A stretch of DNA of 64,000 nt, taken from NCBI GenBank assembly GCA_009859145.1, contig VRVR01000014.1, forward strand, positions 127,618 to 191,617, written 5' to 3'. Of this stretch, positions 21,947 to 31,928 are shown one piece after another. Under the pieces are notes generated by a model. That model saw only the letters and a program-made list of their open reading frames with translations. It was not told the DNA's origin and made no database searches. A program made the position numbers and the translations under genes. This DNA is from Andalucia godoyi And28. Lineage: Eukaryota > Protista > Jakobida. The first letter of the stretch is position 1. The number at the start of each line of letters is the position of its first letter.

Positions 21947-24469
21947 ATGGTTGTTATGCGAGGGCGGACCAAAGAGCAGATCGAGAAGGAATGCGTAGAG
22001 GTGTGGACGAAGATCGTCCCGACGCTGGATAAGATGTGGAATGTCGTTGCGTCCAGCTTTGCGAATGGATCAACGGGAACTGCGGCGTCGGTTCCTGTGA
22101 TGGGTGTGTCGATTTCTGAATACATGAGCGTTTTCACGAGCATATACACAATTTGTGTAAACAACATTACACCGCCAGAAGCTGCGTGCCATTCTGGATC
22201 GACGACTCAACAAATGCAATTGCCATCGACATTCATTACGGGTTATCTCCGAGATTGGATTGTCGAAAAGCTAAAGTGTATGATTGTGGGAATGATGCAG
22301 GAAGGCTTGGGGCAGATTGCTGCAATGGACCTGCTCGCAAACGCCTGGAGAGTGTTTTCCAGAAATCATCTGTTGCTCCGCAAATTGTTTGCAAAGGCCG
22401 GGAATGATACGGCAAAGACAATGTCTGGAAGTATCTCGCAGTCCTCTCTTACAGCATCGCGTTCTCCAGGCGTCTCTATTGCCTCTGCTTCGGGCCCGGT
22501 TGCAAATGGAGTGTCCCCCCTTGGCATTTCCGAACGATCCTTGGCCCAGCGACCCGAGAACGAGGTTGTCTTCCAAAATGGATTGGGGGCTTTCCGAGAA
22601 TATGTGTTTCGTTCGTTGTCAGTTGCGGCTGCAGCAGAATTTGTAGAGGAGTATCACAACTCGCGATTTTCAGAGAGCATGAAGAAGGAACAGCTGGGGC
22701 TGCTTCGGGATTTGTTTGTCGACATGGGAAAGGTTCGAGAAGTCAAGCAAGGGAATGTTGTCCATTCCCAAGCGGTGCCTGCGGAGGAGAGGAAACAGAT
22801 CCTCGGATTCTACAATCAATTTCTTTTTGCTCCGCTGTGTGCACAAACAGACGAGTATTTGAAGAAGGCTTCTGTGGGGTGGGTGCAGGAGAGTTCCGTT
22901 GCACAGTATCTGGATCGCATTGAAGCGTTCATTAATGCGGAAGAAAATCGAAGCATTGCTCTTCTTGATCCCAGTTCGCATGCACAGTTGCTCAACGTTG
23001 TCCGTGTGCGGCTCCTCAGCGACCATCTCGACTGGGTTCTGAATGATCCGAAGTCTGGGTTTATGTGGCTGTTGCAGAATGACCAATTGGAAGTTCTTTC
23101 GAGACTCAATCGGCTATTGCGCTTTGTCGACAACGGAATGGAGCGGCTAGGGGACGGGTTTCGCTCGTTCATCATCCAGGAGTGCGATGCCATTCGGTTA
23201 TCGATTGAAATCAAGGAGGTTGAGGACGACAAGGAAAAGAAAGGGTCTGCATTAGAGGAGAAGGCGAAGGCAGATGAGTACTCTAGGAAGATCCTTGAAC
23301 AGCACGACAAATATCGGAGCTTGGTGCGATCCGTTTTTGAGGGCTCGGATATTATGAATGCGAGTTTCCGGCGTGCATTCGAATCCATTATGGGAGCAGA
23401 ATTGGCGGGTGTCTCAACCAGCGAGCTGCTTGCGGGATTTTGCGACGCTCTTTTGCGAAGGAGGTACCGTGATATTGACGATGTCGCGTTCGACAAGTTT
23501 GTGGATAATCTGATTGCCTGCTACGCATATCTTTCGAACAAGGATCTGTTCATTAGTTTCTATCAAAACGGTCTGGCCAGGAGACTGCTGTCGACAACGC
23601 CGACCGATGATGTGGAAGCAGGAGTTCTCTTGAAATTCAAGGAAAAATACGGCTCCTCGTTGACCAGCAGGATGGAGGGCATGTTGCAAGATCGTGTTGT
23701 GTCGATGGAGTACAACGAACGGTTTTCGGAGTGGTTGCGGGGTGCCGGATCAAATCACGCATTTTCTTTTGGCTTTTCTTGTCAGGTTCTCCGCAATGGT
23801 TGCTGGCCACAGTTTGAGCCGTCGACACTGACCCCGTCTGCAGAGGTAATGTCTGCCATGGAGGCGTTTACGCAGTTCTACAAGACCATCCGTGACCGAG
23901 CGATCCTCACCTACAAGCACTCTCTGGGACAGGTTGTGTTGAAAGTGAACTTTACCAAGGGCGACAAGGAAGTTACAATGTCCCCCGAGCAAGCCTGCAT
24001 TTGCTTGTTGTTCAACGACAGCGCAACGCTCACTTTAGACGCAGTTGCAACAGCATTGAGCCTTCAAATCGACACCGTCAAAAGAAACATTTCCGCCATG
24101 ACCGACTCTCAATACAAGGTGTTTTCGAGGACCGGCGATGCGTACAGTTTTAATGCAGGATTCTGGACGGCTGCCCGAAAATTTGTGCTTCCAGCAGTTC
24201 GCACTAAGTCCACGAAGGATGAGCGTGCCTCGGTAGCGAAGAATGTACAGGAAGACCGCAAGTTTGTCACCGATGCCATTATTGTGCGTGTCATGAAGAG
24301 CAAGAGACGGCTTCGGTATCAGGAGCTTTTGCAAGAAACCATGCGCCACTGCGGTGCGCGGTTTGCGGCCGAAGTCCGCTTGACAAAGGCTTGCGTTGAG
24401 TCGCTGATTGAACGAGAGTATCTTGAACGAGATCCTCAGGACTCGGACTTCCTGCTCTACAAGGCATAG
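21947..24469 (+). CDS. Cullin (Cul1-like)
   Basis: KDLFISFYQNGLARRLL, SRMEGMLQD, C-terminal neddylation domain DAIIVRVMKSK...IEREYLERD. Confidence 0.93.
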   Translation: MVVMRGRTKEQIEKECVEVWTKIVPTLDKMWNVVASSFANGSTGTAASVPVMGVSISEYMSVFTSIYTICVNNITPPEAACHSGSTTQQMQLPSTFITGYLRDWIVEKLKCMIVGMMQEGLGQIAAMDLLANAWRVFSRNHLLLRKLFAKAGNDTAKTMSGSISQSSLTASRSPGVSIASASGPVANGVSPLGISERSLAQRPENEVVFQNGLGAFREYVFRSLSVAAAAEFVEEYHNSRFSESMKKEQLGLLRDLFVDMGKVREVKQGNVVHSQAVPAEERKQILGFYNQFLFAPLCAQTDEYLKKASVGWVQESSVAQYLDRIEAFINAEENRSIALLDPSSHAQLLNVVRVRLLSDHLDWVLNDPKSGFMWLLQNDQLEVLSRLNRLLRFVDNGMERLGDGFRSFIIQECDAIRLSIEIKEVEDDKEKKGSALEEKAKADEYSRKILEQHDKYRSLVRSVFEGSDIMNASFRRAFESIMGAELAGVSTSELLAGFCDALLRRRYRDIDDVAFDKFVDNLIACYAYLSNKDLFISFYQNGLARRLLSTTPTDDVEAGVLLKFKEKYGSSLTSRMEGMLQDRVVSMEYNERFSEWLRGAGSNHAFSFGFSCQVLRNGCWPQFEPSTLTPSAEVMSAMEAFTQFYKTIRDRAILTYKHSLGQVVLKVNFTKGDKEVTMSPEQACICLLFNDSATLTLDAVATALSLQIDTVKRNISAMTDSQYKVFSRTGDAYSFNAGFWTAARKFVLPAVRTKSTKDERASVAKNVQEDRKFVTDAIIVRVMKSKRRLRYQELLQETMRHCGARFAAEVRLTKACVESLIEREYLERDPQDSDFLLYKA

Positions 24470-25003
24470 TCTATTTTTTCTGTTTTTTCTGTTTTCTTTG
24501 CGGTGTGCAGAGCCCACACTCTCACGCTCGCTCGCTCACTCACTGTTGCACACCCATCCTCATACTGAATGCCCTCGTTCCTCCTATCCGCGGTGCGTGT
24601 ATAAAACAGATCTGCTCTTTTTTCTCCTGTTGCACGTTTTCTCTTTTCTGCGTCTTTTCTATCGTCCCGCCTTGCCACCATTCTAGTAGGTTGCTGAGCG
24701 CTTCTCCACGTTCATCATCATCGTCGTTTTTTTTTTCTTCCATTCCCCTCAGACGCATCCTCCTCCCGACGCAGCCACTGCGAAGGAAAACCAGGTATGC
24801 ATGCACGGAGGCTTTTGTCCCTCCTCCTTTTTTTTTAATGGGGAGGGGAGGGGGATGAAAGTAATTTATTTAAAATATGATAGTTAGATATCAGGCTTGT
24901 TGCTAGCCGTGGGGAGAGCGTGCACAAACCGACAACAGTGGAAGATGGGACAACAATTCACTTTTACGTTCTTTGTAGCTGGCAATTGAGTGTTTGGTTT
25001 TGC

Positions 25004-26284
25004 CTACTTTGTCTTTCTGCGCTTACTGGGTCTCGCATCTTCGTCGACAGCGGTCGGCTTCTTCTTCGAACCATTGGAACGCGACGCAACAGGAACCTTT
25101 CCCCCATGAACATCATCATCATCGTCGTCGTCGGCCATGATTTCCTCTGCAACGTCGATTTTCTTCTTTGACGTTCGCTGCAGACGCTTGGACTGCTTTC
25201 CGATTTTCTGCCGGTTCTCGTCGTCCTTCTCGTCGCGATTCTCTTCTCGTTCTTGTTCTTGTCGCCCTTTTTGCTGTTGTTTTCTCTTGACGGGAACGAA
25301 AACAGCATTCTTTGGTGATTTGGTTGCTCTTCTGTTCGTCTTCATCGAAATATTGTCCCCTTCCCCTTCCCTTTCCCATTCTCCTTCTTCTTCTTCGTCT
25401 CCTACTTCTTCTTCCACATCTTTCGGCGTAGCGTGCGTCTGAGCTCCTTTGGACCCAACAACGACTGCTGGAATCTTCCGAACACTTTTTCTTTCTTCGA
25501 GCTTGCCTTGCGGATCGACTGCCTCTCCAGACGCGAAGGAGGAGGCAAAGGTCTTCTTGCTCGCTTGAACAGCAAAGAGTCGCTGTTCAATGCTCTGGGC
25601 GAGTGCATACAATGACTTTCGATTCGGATCCAGCGTCTCTGCACGGCCTCCAAGATCCATAGCCTCCTTCCGGACGCATTCGAGCAGATCCGCACGATCC
25701 CATTGCTTAACAAGTGGTGCAAAAACGGACTCTGAAACGCGTTTCCGAACAGCCTTGTCCGCCGACGATTCCAGCACATGCACGAATGGACGCACCGAGT
25801 CGACTGAAGTGCAATGCTCCAAGGGCCACACGTCGATAAGGTGGAAAATCAAGCCAACAGGAGTTGCTGGGTCACGTATCCTAGACACAGCTTCTTCAAA
25901 AAGCTCTCTTTCAAAGGCAGCACTCGTGAATATGCGGACAAGCGACATGAACTTGTCCAGCCGATGCCGATCGATCCGAGACCACATCGACGACATGGTC
26001 GAGTAAAACCCAAGGACGTACAACTCTTTTGCTTCTTTCGTCTGCAATACATCAATGATGTTTGCAAATTCTTGGGCAAGCTCAAGCTGGCTGTGCGCTT
26101 TGTCCGCATGGAACATTGCAAAGAACAGCCCACGCCAAAGCTTCAGCATTTCCGTCTCTGTGAATTCCGGCCGCTTTGCCATAAACCTCTTCAGATTCTT
26201 CAATGCACGATTGCGAATAGAAGGAGTCGAGTCTGCAAGTCGTCGAATCAGACCTTTTTCACGAGTCTCAATATCATCCGCCAT
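25004..26284 (-). CDS. RRP1: Rrp1/Nop52 rRNA processing protein
   Basis: LKLWRGLFFAMFHADK..Q, WSRIDRHRLDKFMSLVR; charged C-terminal tail. Confidence 0.9.
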   Translation of the reverse strand: MADDIETREKGLIRRLADSTPSIRNRALKNLKRFMAKRPEFTETEMLKLWRGLFFAMFHADKAHSQLELAQEFANIIDVLQTKEAKELYVLGFYSTMSSMWSRIDRHRLDKFMSLVRIFTSAAFERELFEEAVSRIRDPATPVGLIFHLIDVWPLEHCTSVDSVRPFVHVLESSADKAVRKRVSESVFAPLVKQWDRADLLECVRKEAMDLGGRAETLDPNRKSLYALAQSIEQRLFAVQASKKTFASSFASGEAVDPQGKLEERKSVRKIPAVVVGSKGAQTHATPKDVEEEVGDEEEEGEWEREGEGDNISMKTNRRATKSPKNAVFVPVKRKQQQKGRQEQEREENRDEKDDENRQKIGKQSKRLQRTSKKKIDVAEEIMADDDDDDDVHGGKVPVASRSNGSKKKPTAVDEDARPSKRRKTK

Positions 26285-26755
26285 ATTCTGCTAGATGCTG
26301 TTTTTTTCTTCTTCTCAAATGAACGATTTTTTTCTTCTTCAGTTCTTTGATTTTTGTTTGTTCTTGTCCTTAGCCTTTCTTTTCAGAAAAATACTTTTAA
26401 AAAATATGTAAAAAATCAAAGGAAAATAATAATAATAAACAAAAACAAACGCGACATCATCGAAGAACGATTCCCGAATATTCGCACATAAAAATTAAAA
26501 AAATTCTCTTTTACTTCTGGCGCTGGATTCCGCCAACTACAGCCGGGATCGTCGGGGCATTTTCGTCGGAGAATTTGAATCGTTGTGCGAAAATTGTTTT
26601 AGACGTTGCGGGAGTGAGTGCGGGGGCAACGGGATCCGCGTGCCTGTTTTTGTTTGAAAGGGGAGAGAAAGAGAAAGAGAGAAAGAGAAAGAGAGAGAGG
26701 GAGAGAGAGAGGAAGGAAGCTGGGGAGCAGTAGAGGAGTGGAGAGACGTAGTGTC

Positions 26756-27715
26756 ATGATATTAGAGTCCGTTTGGTTGTCTGCGTTCTTCTCGGGGATT
26801 CTCGCGGCTGCAATCGCCGTGTTGGTGACGCGGGTCATCGAGAAGCTTGGAGGAGCACTTGGAGGAATTCTCGCGACGACTCCGACCACCATTATCCCTT
26901 CTGCACTTGGACTGTACTTCCAGTCTTCACAGGCCGGCTTTGAATTGTCGATGTTCTCGGTTGCTCCGACGTTGCTTCTGAATGCCTTCTTCTTGTACCT
27001 CTGGAAAATAATTCCGCCAAAGCTCAATACGTCGTGGGAGCTGAAAAGGAAACTTGCGGTGATGGTGTGCATCTCTCTTGGATCCTGGTTTATTCTAGCA
27101 ACTGGGCTTGTCTTGGTCTTGTCTCTGCTCAGCTCGACATCTGCCATGTTTGCGATTGCAATTGTCGCAGCTAGTGCACAGTTTATCACCGGCGGTGCGA
27201 TCACTTTTAGGCTGAATACGACTCCAAAAGGGAAAAACAGGGTTCCGTGGACGTCTCTCGGAGCCAGAGCATTGTTAGCTGGGATGGCGGTTGGCTCTGC
27301 AGTCCTAATTTCGACAACCAGTCCGCTTGCTGCTGGCATCACGTCGTGCTTTCCAGCAATCTTTCTAACCTCTATGGTTGGTCTTTGGTTGTCTCAAGGA
27401 GAAGCAGTGCCACTCGGAGCAGTGGGTCCGATGATCATTGGCTCGTCCAGCGTGAGTGTGTTTGCGGTTCTTGCGGTGTTTCTGTTTCAAGTGGTGGGCC
27501 CTTGGATTGGCTTGATCATATCGTACATGCTAGTTGTCGGATTCGTCAGTGCTCCCGTGTACTACTATTTGCGTTGGAGGCAACGAGTGAACAGCCGCGA
27601 CTCGACATCTGACTCTGTGAAGGAGGCGGAATTGTCGGATACCATAGGATTTTCCAAACTTGTGGAAACCGAAGGAGGGGAGGAGGCAGATGTCGCCGCA
27701 ATCGAGAATAAATGA
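26756..27715 (+). CDS. Multi-pass membrane protein with internal duplication (DUF3147-like)
   Basis: Two related halves (GGILATTPTT / AGITSCFPAI), about 10 hydrophobic helices. Confidence 0.7.
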   Translation: MILESVWLSAFFSGILAAAIAVLVTRVIEKLGGALGGILATTPTTIIPSALGLYFQSSQAGFELSMFSVAPTLLLNAFFLYLWKIIPPKLNTSWELKRKLAVMVCISLGSWFILATGLVLVLSLLSSTSAMFAIAIVAASAQFITGGAITFRLNTTPKGKNRVPWTSLGARALLAGMAVGSAVLISTTSPLAAGITSCFPAIFLTSMVGLWLSQGEAVPLGAVGPMIIGSSSVSVFAVLAVFLFQVVGPWIGLIISYMLVVGFVSAPVYYYLRWRQRVNSRDSTSDSVKEAELSDTIGFSKLVETEGGEEADVAAIENK

Positions 27716-27773
27716 TGCACCCAAGAGAAGGATGGGAAGCAGAAAGAGTGGAGGATCGCTGTGGATCGGTCGT

Positions 27774-29879
27774 TCACACCACGAGGACGTATTCGGAAGG
27801 AAACGAGTATCCTGCCCGAATGTCTGTCCACAAATGCAAGTATGCATTGTCGGCGCATGCCGCGACCCATTCTGCATTGTGTCCGATGACGACAGCCGAG
27901 TGTTCGGATGAGAGTGCGAGTGGGCACATGAGACGCTGCATTATGCAGCCCGATAAAATGTCCCAAATATACACGCCAGAGTCTTCCCCGGTGCTGAACA
28001 GCCTGGTTCCACAAGGAGAAAATACGGCGTGGTTGGCTCCTGTGCATGCTACGGAATTACCAGGCACCCGTTGCAGATTTTGGTCGTGTTTGTACTCCAG
28101 GACTGGTCCTGTCAGCCTGCGTGTGTCATAAACATGAACCAAGCAGTCCGAACGCGTGGAGGCAATGAGCGTTTCCCGAACCGGAGAAAACATAACGCTG
28201 TTCACGACGACACCATTGTAGGCAGGGAAGGATAAGCAGGGTTGCGCAGATCGAAGATCCCACACCCGGACACATCCGTCGGTCTCTCCGCCAGTGGCAG
28301 CAAGGACAGGATTCACAGGGCTTGACGAAATGCAACTCACCATGTCTGGATGAGCATCCCACGAGCCTATCCTGACACAGCGCTTCACATCAAATACTTG
28401 CAGTATTCCGCGCTTGTCCTGCTCAATGCCGGCAATCAGGCAGTCTTGGTACTCGAGACTTCCAAATGACATTGTATGGCACTTCCGGATGCGACGCGCG
28501 GATCCTCGTACGAAGGACTTTGGGACCGGTACAAGCAAGTCGTCTTTCCACTTCACGACAGAATCTCCAATTTCAAACAGCCGGATGTACCCGTCTTCGC
28601 CACACGTTGAGAACACGCGGCTGTTGGATCCGTGCGTTGCAATCAGCAGGGCATTCTTTGAGTGCGCTGGAACCGAGTTTATCAATGTGCCTGCAAGAGC
28701 ATCAAACACACCGACAGAACCGTCAACGGAGCAAGTAACTGCAAACTCTCCACCGCACGAAAATTGAATGTCATTCACGGCCTTCTCGTGGCCATTCAGA
28801 AAGGAAACGGTGCCGCTATCTAAATCGACAATCCATGCATTGTGTGAGTCTGCTGATGAACACGCTGCTACGCGGTTGCGGGTCGACAATGGGTCCTTGC
28901 ACAAGAATGGAATGTGAGACGATGTAAACGACGCTGATTGACAACGCGCTCCTCCAGCCTTCATTGCAAAGACGCCATCCAATCGCGGTCTTTTCGCAAT
29001 CCCGTGAAACAACTTGAGATTCAGACATCTCTGTGGAATGAATCCGTCCACGGTTCTCTTCCGAGCGTCCGCCAATCTAGGCCGAGTACGATGCAAAATG
29101 TGCACTTGTGACGGCAAACGATTCACATCAAACAAACGGGAGTCTGTCAAAACCACAGTTTGCTGCATTTGGATTGCCGTCTTCTGTTCTGCCGCATCCG
29201 AGGTCATCAGAAACACCTCGTACAAGAATGCCAGGTAGCGACGCAAATCCATCACTGTTCGTCCTTTGAACAGCATGCACCACTTTTCCAGATTCACTGC
29301 AGAAGCGCTGTAGTTTGACAAAATGTGAAGCAGCAAGCAGTGCTCATTTCTGAAAAAGGGGTAATGCACAATGTCACCTTCTTCTGCCAGTGCAGCAACT
29401 TCGGGCCCGACGACATCCTCCAAATACCGAGCCTGCAACGCAAATCGCAGTGCGGATGCACTCATAAACGGTCTGGGGACTTCGTTTGGGATGTCTCGGA
29501 ACCAATGCAGAGACTCATACGGATCAATCGATTTGGACAGGTAGTCCACCAGTGCAGATGACGTGTTGAGATAAAATGAAATTGGTCGCACCAGCCGACA
29601 AGAGAAATCGGGTTCCTCCATCAAACAGTATTCGAGCTCACTCTGAATCCGCAGGCATTCGTCTTTCAATTGATGTGCAATGTCCTTTCGCTCAATTGTT
29701 GTTTCTTGGTCCAATCGATGCACAGAATTCGTCATTTGTGTCGCAACGTACCGAGTGTCCACATAATCCTGAATTTGCGGGGGCGGTGGTTCCAGAAATT
29801 CCGCCAACTGCGACAGCGATTCGGCTACACTGGAAAGAAATCCTTCTGGCAGTACCGCATCCGTAAACTCCACATCCAT
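27774..29879 (-). CDS. WD40-repeat protein with helical (possibly SANT-like) N-terminal region
   Basis: GHEKAVNDIQFS, AH...S..GEDG.IRLF, GGETDGCVRVWD, GEDSGVYIWD; start uncertain. Confidence 0.85.
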   Translation of the reverse strand: MDVEFTDAVLPEGFLSSVAESLSQLAEFLEPPPPQIQDYVDTRYVATQMTNSVHRLDQETTIERKDIAHQLKDECLRIQSELEYCLMEEPDFSCRLVRPISFYLNTSSALVDYLSKSIDPYESLHWFRDIPNEVPRPFMSASALRFALQARYLEDVVGPEVAALAEEGDIVHYPFFRNEHCLLLHILSNYSASAVNLEKWCMLFKGRTVMDLRRYLAFLYEVFLMTSDAAEQKTAIQMQQTVVLTDSRLFDVNRLPSQVHILHRTRPRLADARKRTVDGFIPQRCLNLKLFHGIAKRPRLDGVFAMKAGGARCQSASFTSSHIPFLCKDPLSTRNRVAACSSADSHNAWIVDLDSGTVSFLNGHEKAVNDIQFSCGGEFAVTCSVDGSVGVFDALAGTLINSVPAHSKNALLIATHGSNSRVFSTCGEDGYIRLFEIGDSVVKWKDDLLVPVPKSFVRGSARRIRKCHTMSFGSLEYQDCLIAGIEQDKRGILQVFDVKRCVRIGSWDAHPDMVSCISSSPVNPVLAATGGETDGCVRVWDLRSAQPCLSFPAYNGVVVNSVMFSPVRETLIASTRSDCLVHVYDTRRLTGPVLEYKHDQNLQRVPGNSVACTGANHAVFSPCGTRLFSTGEDSGVYIWDILSGCIMQRLMCPLALSSEHSAVVIGHNAEWVAACADNAYLHLWTDIRAGYSFPSEYVLVV

Positions 29880-30816
29880 CTCTAGTTTTGTCCAACTCAA
29901 CCGATCACCATCATAATTGTCATTCGCATTGGAGAAGCAGCAGAAAAATCACAAAACAGATTTGAGAGCGGCGGCCTTCTGATTCGCGCTCACACGTGCA
30001 TAATAGGTGACACTTGTCGACCATGTCACAGATTTTCGAGTGACACAGAAAATTGCCGAAAACAAGAAGAAAATGGAGAAGAAAAATGAAAAGAGAAGAA
30101 AGACAGCATTTGATGACTTACGTGTGCTCGGACCCTCGGCATGGGAGTGGAAGAAAAACTAGGATCGCCTTTGTCAACGGAGGCACAATCTCCTGACCAT
30201 GAGTCTAATTTCTTTATTGTTGTTATTGTGAGGTGCTATCAGAAAGGGAAAAATAAAAGAAGTACTTGTCTCCAACCCAAACCTCTCCAAGCATTTGGCT
30301 CGCATCCTGCGCCTCAGACAGATTTTATGGCGTAAAGAGACTTTGTAATCCGCGTCAGCGTCCATCATCGATTACAAGAAATCGGCTCTCAATACTCGAC
30401 AGTGTCTGCACACCTACGCCGCGACAACAGCACCAACAACGGCAGCAACATCAACAACCGGTAACAGCAATCTGCAGAAGAAAAGGATCGGCCGTCATTC
30501 AACAGCAATGTCGATGGCTATCAACTCAGCCATACTCTCCGATGATATTCACTGCCGTTCCACCAGACGTTTGGGTTGGATGGTTTTTTTCTTTCTTATA
30601 CTGTTCCTGCGATATGGAAGTCAGAACTGCTCTTTGGGAGCAGGATATGAAAGATGCAAAGAAAAAAGTCCGGTAGCGTCCGGATATTGGCCGACCATCC
30701 TGCATTCTGCACAGTCAAGAAACGTCTTTCCTCTTGCACCTTTCTTTCCATGATCTTCGGTGACATTAAATATTTCTTCGCGTGACGAGAAAACGAAGAA
30801 GAAGGAGGAGGAGATT

Positions 30817-31596
30817 ATGATGAAAAGGAGTGTGAAGCTGGTGCTCGCTTTCGCGTTGATTTTGGTGATCGGACTTCATGTTTCGCACGCGTGGAAAGCG
30901 GCAGTCGCCCAGTATCACACTGCAGATGCATCGTTGACGCCGAATCTTGCAGCATATGCAAAGCTGGCTTCGAAAGCTGCGCGGGCCGGGGCCGGAGTGC
31001 TCGTTTATCCCGAGTTTGGGCTTGGGACATCCCCGGGAGACAGCTGCGAAGTGATCGAGCCTCTGGGACCGAACTCGCCGTCGACCATTGTGCAGTTTAT
31101 GGCGGAGGTTGCCGCGAATTCGTCGATAAATTTGAGTGTGAACATGTGTGAAGTCGATGCTTCAACCCAGTTGAAGTACAATACTCAGGTTGTCTTTACG
31201 CGGGATGGGGTCGTGCTTGCAAAGTACCAAAAGACCCATCCGTTCTTTAAGAACATCTTTGCAACGCCAAAGGTCCCGCAACATGTGAAGGTGGATCTGG
31301 CAGTCGGGGGTGAGCTTGTTACGTTTGGCATTTTTACATGTTTTGACATCTTGTTCGAAACGCCTGCTGTCGACCTGGTGCACGACAAGGTATTCAACTT
31401 TTTGTACTCGATGGCGATGGACGACTTTGCAGGAAAGGATGCGCAGCGCGACTGGTCTTACACGTACGATACGCTGCTTATTGGATCCAACTTGGGAACG
31501 CATGGGGAAAGCGGTATTTGGCTCAGTGGAGTCGATCAGTCCCAGCCACTTTCGCCAACAGATGCATCTCTAAAGATTGCAGATCTCCCGAGCTAA
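30817..31596 (+). CDS. Secreted vanin/biotinidase-like carbon-nitrogen hydrolase
   Basis: Signal peptide; nitrilase triad VYPEFG (E), KYQKTH (K), FTCFDILF (C). Confidence 0.88.
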   Translation: MMKRSVKLVLAFALILVIGLHVSHAWKAAVAQYHTADASLTPNLAAYAKLASKAARAGAGVLVYPEFGLGTSPGDSCEVIEPLGPNSPSTIVQFMAEVAANSSINLSVNMCEVDASTQLKYNTQVVFTRDGVVLAKYQKTHPFFKNIFATPKVPQHVKVDLAVGGELVTFGIFTCFDILFETPAVDLVHDKVFNFLYSMAMDDFAGKDAQRDWSYTYDTLLIGSNLGTHGESGIWLSGVDQSQPLSPTDASLKIADLPS

Positions 31597-31928
31597 AGAG
31601 CCGACCGGAATCCCGGTCATGCGCTTCCTGTGTTTTCTGCCTGCGCTTCTGCGTTTCCCCCATCCGTTCATGCTGTTCGGAGGCTCGGAGCTGTGAGCGT
31701 GAGAGGGGGTGTTCGTTATTGTTGTTTTTTTTTCTTGGGGGGGAGGAAAGCCGGAGTGACGATGGACTGGCGTGCATGGAGAAAGACGAACGGAAGAGCA
31801 TTGTCTGAATTTTCTGGGTGAGTGGGGGTAAATACGAGTATTAAAAAAAAAAAGATAGGATGTGTGCAGGACGATGGATGCCAAGGGCGCACTTGCTTGC
31901 CAAAAGCGGTCTCGTCCACTCGGCTTGT
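31346..31928 (+). repeat. 583 bp direct repeat, left copy
   Basis: Matches 34943-35525 at constant offset 3597; by eye only two mismatches, within the first 15 nt. Confidence 0.95.
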
